From the human T2T-CHM13v2.0 reference genome, Homo sapiens: a DNA stretch of 64,000 nt. The first letter of the stretch is position 1, and each line of letters begins with the position of its first letter. The stretch lies in assembly GCF_009914755.1 (NCBI RefSeq), contig NC_060933.1; one strand, given 5' to 3'. A program made the position numbers and the translations under genes. The notes below the pieces were generated by a model. That model did not search any database, was not told the origin of the DNA, and was given only the letters and a program-made list of their open reading frames with translations. Positions 56,726-64,000 of the stretch are shown here, piece after piece.

Positions 56726-59700
56726 GACAGAAGGGAGTGACAACTAAGAGAGGAAGACAGGAGAGAGAAAGAATAGATCTTTGTTTGAACTCTAAATTTA
56801 CAAAATACATGAAATCAATGTAAGAAATCACCACCCACTCTTCTAGATAAATATCTCAAGGAAAGGCAAACAAAACCTAGTGCTCACTTCATTAATTTTA
56901 CTAACCAGGGTATATCTGTAAAGCAATAAGACAATCTGGTGAAGTAGGACCCTCTGGCTTAATCCATTTGGGAGACAAATTGAGGATGCTGTGGAAATAT
57001 GCCACCCAAAACAGCCCAGCTATAATGTGAAAGTTCAGTGTTACACAGCAAACAAGCTTGCTGCTTGTTATGGGTTCACAACCACCTAAATGAGTTCTGA
57101 GTAAACTTTGCATTAACCATCCAGCTTACAAAGTTAAAATACTGAATGTGAAATCTTCTCAACAATGACGTGGCATGATCTGAAACTAAGATGATGTGTT
57201 TTTGCTCTCAATAAAGAATACTTTTTTTAATCAGTAAGAATAGAGTCCAGCAACATCTCAAACTGATGAATTTGAAGTAAATACAAACGGCTAGTTAGCA
57301 GGCATGCATCCACAAGATAAGGAATTAACGATTCTAGAAAAAATGGCATTGTTCCTATTAAAATTTGGAGCCGTGTTGTTTATTGCTCTGCATGCCACAG
57401 ACATCTAGTCTAATGCCTTACTTTTTCATTGAGGGGAAAGTTGAATTGCATTTATTAATTAAGCAGCCAGAACCAAATCGGGGCTTTCCAAAGCACAATG
57501 CAGAAATTGCTGTTTAAAGGCAAACAATTTGAAACTCAAGCTTAATCTCAGTGCTAAACAGTTGCTTTATTACCTGTAAGAACTTTTATAAACACGCCAT
57601 TCTTCTATTGTGTTTGTAACTTGCAGATTTAATTTACTCTTTTCTCCGGAAAAAAACCCTCCTCTTTGTCACCCAGGTTCCATGAGAAATTACTTAGGAT
57701 ATCTTTCTCAATGTTAAAAAATGTTTGTTAAAACAGACAATAATCTATTTTTATAAAATGCTTTACCAAAACTTTATTTGATGTAAAATTACCAGGAGAA
57801 TGTTTTATTACACAAAGACCTATTTTAACTCAAAACTGTTAAACACCACAGGATGGAAATGGCTCAATATTTGATCATCTTAGAATTTAAACACCTATAA
57901 GATTTCCTGGAGGAGAGCCTTCAACAAAGTTTTGTTTGTTTTTGTTTCTTGAGAGAGAAACCTTTTCTGGAGGGGAATCCCCTTCAAGCAAAAGTCCATA
58001 TCAAACAAGAGGGGAAATTTGGGTGATAATTATTATTCTCCAGGTGTTCTCTGGTGTGAACTTTTCTGCCAGAAGCCCCAGTTAAAAACTAGAGAAGAAA
58101 AATATGAAAATTAAAGAGTTAGGTCCAAAGTTATTAAAAGTCCACCATAGCTGGAATTTTTTTTTTTGTTGGATCTTTATACCAAAAAAGAGACACAAGT
58201 GAGGCAAGCATTAGGTTCTCATTTAGGGAGCACAAAAGCAAGACATGGTCTACAGCATCAGTCTTAGCAACCAACAGGAGGAGAAGGTGACTTGACAGGG
58301 AGCCAGGCTAATCCGCATCCAAAAAGAAAGCAAACTGCAGAGATGACCCGCAGCATGGCAGAGTCAAGAAGGTTTCTTTTCTGAGCACATGAAGGTTAGT
58401 AAGATCTGGGTGAGATAAAGTATCTTTCTCTGATCTTGAAAATTAGATTATAATCTCTATGATAGATGACCCAATTTCTCTAATAGCCATGTTTCCTGAA
58501 CATTTTCCACATGACTGGAGATTTTGTGATCCAACTAAACCCTTTTCTGCAATATTTACAGAGCAGCTGTGTTATCATCTAAGTGTAGCTATCCTATTCA
58601 TCCACCACATAGGTCTTTCAAACTATATGAAAATTCTAAGACGTTCACAGCTTCAGCACAGTTCTATTTCTTGCTTCAAGACCCCACAAAGATCTGGGAT
58701 AGCAAATATATGGCGATACGCCATGGTCAAATTTATTTTTGGTCAATGACTGTGGCTGAGTGCCATGAAGTGAATGAACTCCAAGCTTCCCCGAAGCTTC
58801 AAAGTACTTAGAATAATATAATCCCCATACACTTTCAAATTGGATGAAAACATACAATTATGATTGTTCATTATTTCAACTTCTGGTCACTTGATATATT
58901 TACTCCTACCAAAAATGATTCTTATTCATTATTTATGAGTATAGTATAGTCTCAATTATACATACAATGTATACCCACCCAATACTTTGTTTTCTCCTAT
59001 CCAATAACTAAACACATCTTTGTCCTATAATTCCATCCTTATCCAACCTTGGGTACAAAAATAATTGCTTACATTTACAGAGCATCAACCATGGGTCCAG
59101 GACTATGCCAGGTAGTTATTTATATATGAGGAGACTGCTATACAGAAATCAAATAACCTACCCAAGTTCAGGTAGCTAGAAACTTCCTGAACCTGTATGC
59201 AAACTGATGTCGCTCTGGCTCAAATACTTGTATTCTTCTTGGTTTATTGCACTGCTTCTTAGTTTAATTGACACTTCCATAAACAGAGAACATAATACAG
59301 ATTTCTAAAAGAGATTTAGCCCTGGTCTGGGTTAGCTACTATACTCCTCAAGCTTTCTAGAAACATTTATTCATCCCTTCCCTCTCTACATCCTATTTTT
59401 TTTCTCCTTCTCCTCTTTGTCTTGTGTCCAGCTCTCCCCATTACACCATTCTCCTTCAATAATGTCTGTTTGAAATATTATCACAAGCACTAAAATATTT
59501 GTTGGACACTTAGTTTTAGAAAGTTTTCAGACCATGCAAATTTTATCCACCCTTTATCTCCTTTTAGTGCTACTTGAAATGGAAAAATTTGTTGAAAGAG
59601 TCCAGAGGCAAACATATGCTAGGGAAGTGAACAATTTTCTTAACTTATATAGCCAAGAACAAATACAATCTTCTCAGATTTAAAACAAAGAAAGCCTTCA

Positions 59701-59964
59701 ATATGTCTTTCACAACTTACAGGAAATCTAATTAATCAGGAAATAATGGTTATGTTTCCTGTGTATATAACTGTATAGTTTTCAAGCTCTCTTCAGACAA
59801 TAATTTCATCTGATCATAACAATGATTATGAGAGGTAGGCAGAAATATAGAGTTCAGTTGAGGAAATAAGAGATTTTGTGAAGATCATCCAACAAATGAA
59901 TGTCAGAAAATTAACTAGAATTAAAATTATTTCCTAGGGCCCATGTCCAGAATAATCTTTCTGA

Positions 59965-60770
<806 letters not shown>

Positions 60771-60904
60771 GATCATTTTTAAGTGTAAATATTCAGATGC
60801 CTATCTTGAAGAAAATTAAATATTTCTTGAGCATCTATTCTATTTAATGCCAGGCCTTTGAAGGCATAGAAACCAATACATATTATGAACTTTACCATTG
60901 AACA

Positions 60905-61120
60905 AAAGGGTTTCTTAAGCCCTAAGGAGCCACTGATGAACTTTAGAACTCCATCAAGTTCAGGAAATTATTTGGTTGGTGCAAAAGTAATTGTGATTTT
61001 TGCTATTAAAAGTAATGGCATACATAAAGTGTTATAAATTCCATATTTTTCTGAGAAATGGTTCCATAGTTCTCATTAACTTTTATAATGTTCTATGACC
61101 AAAATAACATAAAGAACCAT
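60905..61120. mobile_element. MER103C-like hAT relic containing a MADE1
   Basis: GGTTTCTTAA... and ATTTTTCTGAGAAATGGTTCCATAG.TCTCATT...TATGACCAAAA...AAGAACCA. Confidence 0.45.
60971..61020. mobile_element. MADE1 (Hsmar1-derived MITE), truncated
   Basis: TTTGGTTGGTGCAAAAGTAATTGTGATTTTTGCTATTAAAAGTAATGGCA matches ~50 of the 80-bp MADE1 palindrome; TA on both sides. Confidence 0.88.
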
Positions 61121-61574
61121 AGATATAAGACAAAAATATACTAAAAACTTGAGCTTCTAATGACTCTTATGTTAACTGACTGCCATATATAAGTCTGTTA
61201 AATTCTTGGCATAGAGATGGACAGTCCAATTGTAATATCAAATATTCGTTCTAAAGACTTCTTATATTTGAAAAGTCATATAATCTTAAAGTGGCATCCC
61301 AAATTTTATTGTTTACAGGATTTATTGGTTATATGTTTCTTTTTACAAAATGACAGCTTATCATAGTTTCAATTTTTTTGAAGTTGATGTAAGAAATAGT
61401 TATATGTTAGACATGTATCTATTTTTTTAGCGATTCTGTTACCTAAAACATGCTCTCATCTCATGTTAAATACTATGTGGAAAAAAAAAGAGTTTCACTA
61501 TTTCAGAACACAAATCAAAGAAATTCTATGCTTTTTTAAAATAAAAACTAAATATATCATAATTTGTATTTCCA

Positions 61575-64000
61575 GAGGGGCTGGCAAGATGGCCGAATAG
61601 AAACAGCTACAGTCTGCAGCTCCCAGGAAGACCAATGCAGAAGGTGGGTGATTTCCGCATTTCCAACTGAGGTACCCGGTTTATCTCACTGGGACAGGTT
61701 AGACAGTGGATGCAGTCCATGGAGGGCAAGCAAAAGAAGGGTGGGGAGTCGCCTCACCCAGGAAGCACAAGGGGCCAGAGAGCTACCTCCCCTAGCCAAG
61801 GGAAGCCCTTAGGGACCATGTCATGAGAGTCGGTGCTATCTGGCCCAGATACTACGCTTTTCCCACGGTCTTCCCAACCCACAGACCAGGAGCTTCCCTC
61901 ATGTGCCTACACTATCAGGGCCCTGGGTTTCAAGCACAAAACTGGGCAGCCGTTTGGGCAGACACTGAGCTAGCTTCAGGGTTTTTTTTTCACACCCCAG
62001 TGGTGCCTGAAATGCCAGTGAGACAGAACAATTCACTCCCCTGAAAAGGGGGCTAAAACCAGGGAGCCAAGTGGTCTTGCTCAGCTCCCACCCCCACGGA
62101 ACCCAGCAAGGTAAGATCCACTGGCTTGAAATTCTCACTGCCAGCACAGCAGTTTGAAGTGTCCACCAGGGATGCTTGAGCTTGGTGGGGGGAGGGGTGT
62201 CCACCATTACTGAGGCTTGAGTAGGTGGTTTTCCCCTGACAGTGTAAACAAAGCCACCAGGAAGTTCAAAATGTGTGGACCCCACCACAGCATGGCAAAG
62301 CCACTGTAGCCAGACTGACTCCCTAGATTCCTCCTCGCTGGGCAAGACATCTCTGAAAAAAAGGCAGCAGCCCCAGCCAGGGGCTTGTAGATAAAACTTC
62401 CATCTCCCTGGGAGAGAGCATCTAGGGGAAGGGCTGGCTGTGGGTGCAGCTTCAGAAGACTTAAACGTTCCTGCTTGCCAGCTCTGAAGAGAGCAGCAGA
62501 TCTCCCAGCACAGCACTCGAGCTCTGCTGAAGGACTGACTGCCTCCTCAAGTGGGTGCCTGACCCCTGTGCCTCCTGACTGGGAGACACCTCCCAGCAGG
62601 GGTTGACAGACACCTTGTAAGTGAGCTCACCCACAGGTGAGCTCTGGCCAGCACCTGGCAGGTGCACCTCTGGGATGAAGCTTCCAGAGGAAGGAGCTGG
62701 CAGCAATATTTGCTGTTCTGCAGCCTCCACTGGTGATAACCAGGCAAACAGGGTCTGGAGTGGACCTCCAGCCAACTCCAGCAGACCTGCAGAAGAGGGG
62801 CCTGTTAGAAGGAAAACTAATAAACAGAAAGCAATAGCATCAACATCAACAAAAAGGATGCCCATGCAAAAACCCCATCCCAAGGTCACCAACATCAAAG
62901 ACCAAAGGTATATAAATCCACGAAGATGAGGAAACAACAGCAAAAAAAGACTGAAAATTCCAAAAACCAGAATGCCTCTTCTCTTCCAAAAAATCACAAT
63001 TCCTCGCCAACAAGAGAATGAAACTGGATGGAGAATGAGTTTGACAAATTGACCGAAGTAGGCTTCAGAAGGTGGGTAATAACAAACTCCTCCGAGCTAA
63101 AGGAGCATGTTCTAACCTAATGCAAGGAAGCTAAGAACCTTGATAAAATGTTACAGGAACTGCTAACCAGAATAACCAGTTTAGAGAAGATCATAAACGA
63201 CCTGATGGAGCCAAAAAACACAGCATGAGAACTTTCTGAAGCATACACAGGTATCGATAGCCAAATTGATCAAGCAGAAAAAAGGATATCAGAGATTGAA
63301 GATCAACTTAATTAAATAAACCATGAAGAGAAGATTAGAGAAAGAAGATTAAAAAGGAACAAACGAAGCCTCCAAGAAATATGGGACTGTGTGAAAAGAC
63401 CAAACCTACGTTTGATTGGTATACCTGAAAGTGACAGAGAGAATGGTACCAAGTTAGAAAACACTCTTCAGGATATTAGCCAGGAGAGCTTCCCCAACGT
63501 AGCAAGGCAGCCCAATATTCAAAATTAGGAAATACAGATAACACCACAAAGATACTCCTCAAGGAGAGCAACCACAAGACACATAATTGTAAGATTCAGC
63601 AAGGTTGAAATAAAGGAAAAAAACGTTAAGGGCAGCCAGAGAGAAAGGTCAGGTTACCCACAAAGGGAAGCCCATCAAACTAACAGCGGATCTTTCTGCA
63701 GAAACCCTAGAAGCCAGAAGGGGAAATGGGCCAATATTCAACATTCTTAAAGGAAAGAATTTTCAACCCAGAATTTCATATCCCGCCAAACTAAGCTTCA
63801 TAAGCGAAGGGTAAATAAAATCTTTTACACATAAGCAAATGCTGAGGGATTTTGTCAAGACTGGACCTGCCTTAGAACAGCTCCTGAAGGAGGCACTAAA
63901 TATGGAAAGGAAGAAACTGGTAACAGACACTGCAAAAACACCAAAATGTAAAGACCATCAATACTATGAAGACACTGCATCAACCAATGTGCAAAATAAC
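61575..64000 (+). mobile_element. 5' part of an older full-length-type LINE-1 (L1PA8-like), continuing beyond the window
   Basis: GGCAAGATGGCCGAATAG start; ~1.35-kb 5'UTR; ORF1 start context AAATCCACGAAGATGAGGAAA; inter-ORF spacer at the window end. Confidence 0.92.
62926..63951 (+). pseudogene. L1 ORF1p pseudogene (older L1PA)
   Basis: ATG at 62926 to TAA at 63949-63951; homologous to 35152-36167 (e.g. CTCCAAGAAATATGGGACT.TGTGAAAAGACCAAA); multiple stops/indels, so no long ORF in the track. Confidence 0.9.

Noticed and set aside
58459-58857. Three overlapping ORFs of 70-96 aa
   Set aside because: No homology recognised, some use non-ATG starts, and there are no convincing exon boundaries.
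60971-61020. miR-548-type microRNA
   Set aside because: The MADE1 is truncated, so the long stem cannot form.
61899-62997. 205-aa and 178-aa minus-strand ORFs
   Set aside because: Antisense frames of the GC-rich L1 5'UTR; the position matching ORF0 is degenerate (MVDTPPP..).

Overview
AT-rich, repeat-dense hominoid (human/ape) genomic DNA. The SVA element and the young L1PA point to hominoids; I cannot name the species or locus from sequence alone. I recognise no protein-coding exon, tRNA/rRNA gene or prokaryotic feature, so the window looks intronic or intergenic. Main content: (1) the 5' end of an SVA on the minus strand (1-441); (2) about 12 Alu/FLAM copies, most with visible target-site duplications (TSDs); (3) a full-length ~6.03 kb L1PA2/L1PA3-type LINE-1 (34245-40305) with dead ORF1 and ORF2, an intact antisense ORF0 and a probable short 3' transduction; (4) the 5' 2.4 kb of an older L1PA8-like element running off the right edge; (5) a twin-primed, internally deleted L1PA15/16-like copy; (6) several solo LTRs, some nested (MLT1 types, MER50, MER72-like, LTR19-like, MER54/73/74-group); (7) MER3, MER5A, MER58, MER103C-like and MADE1 DNA-transposon relics, plus MIR and L2 fragments. 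Repeat subfamily names are from recalled consensus sequences and need Dfam/RepeatMasker confirmation. I found no credible new biological system. The best leads are retrotransposition and recombination footprints (L1 3' transduction tag, Alu-Alu gene conversion, twin priming), a perfect 15-bp hairpin, and a CpG-retaining unique stretch near 4.5-4.8 kb.
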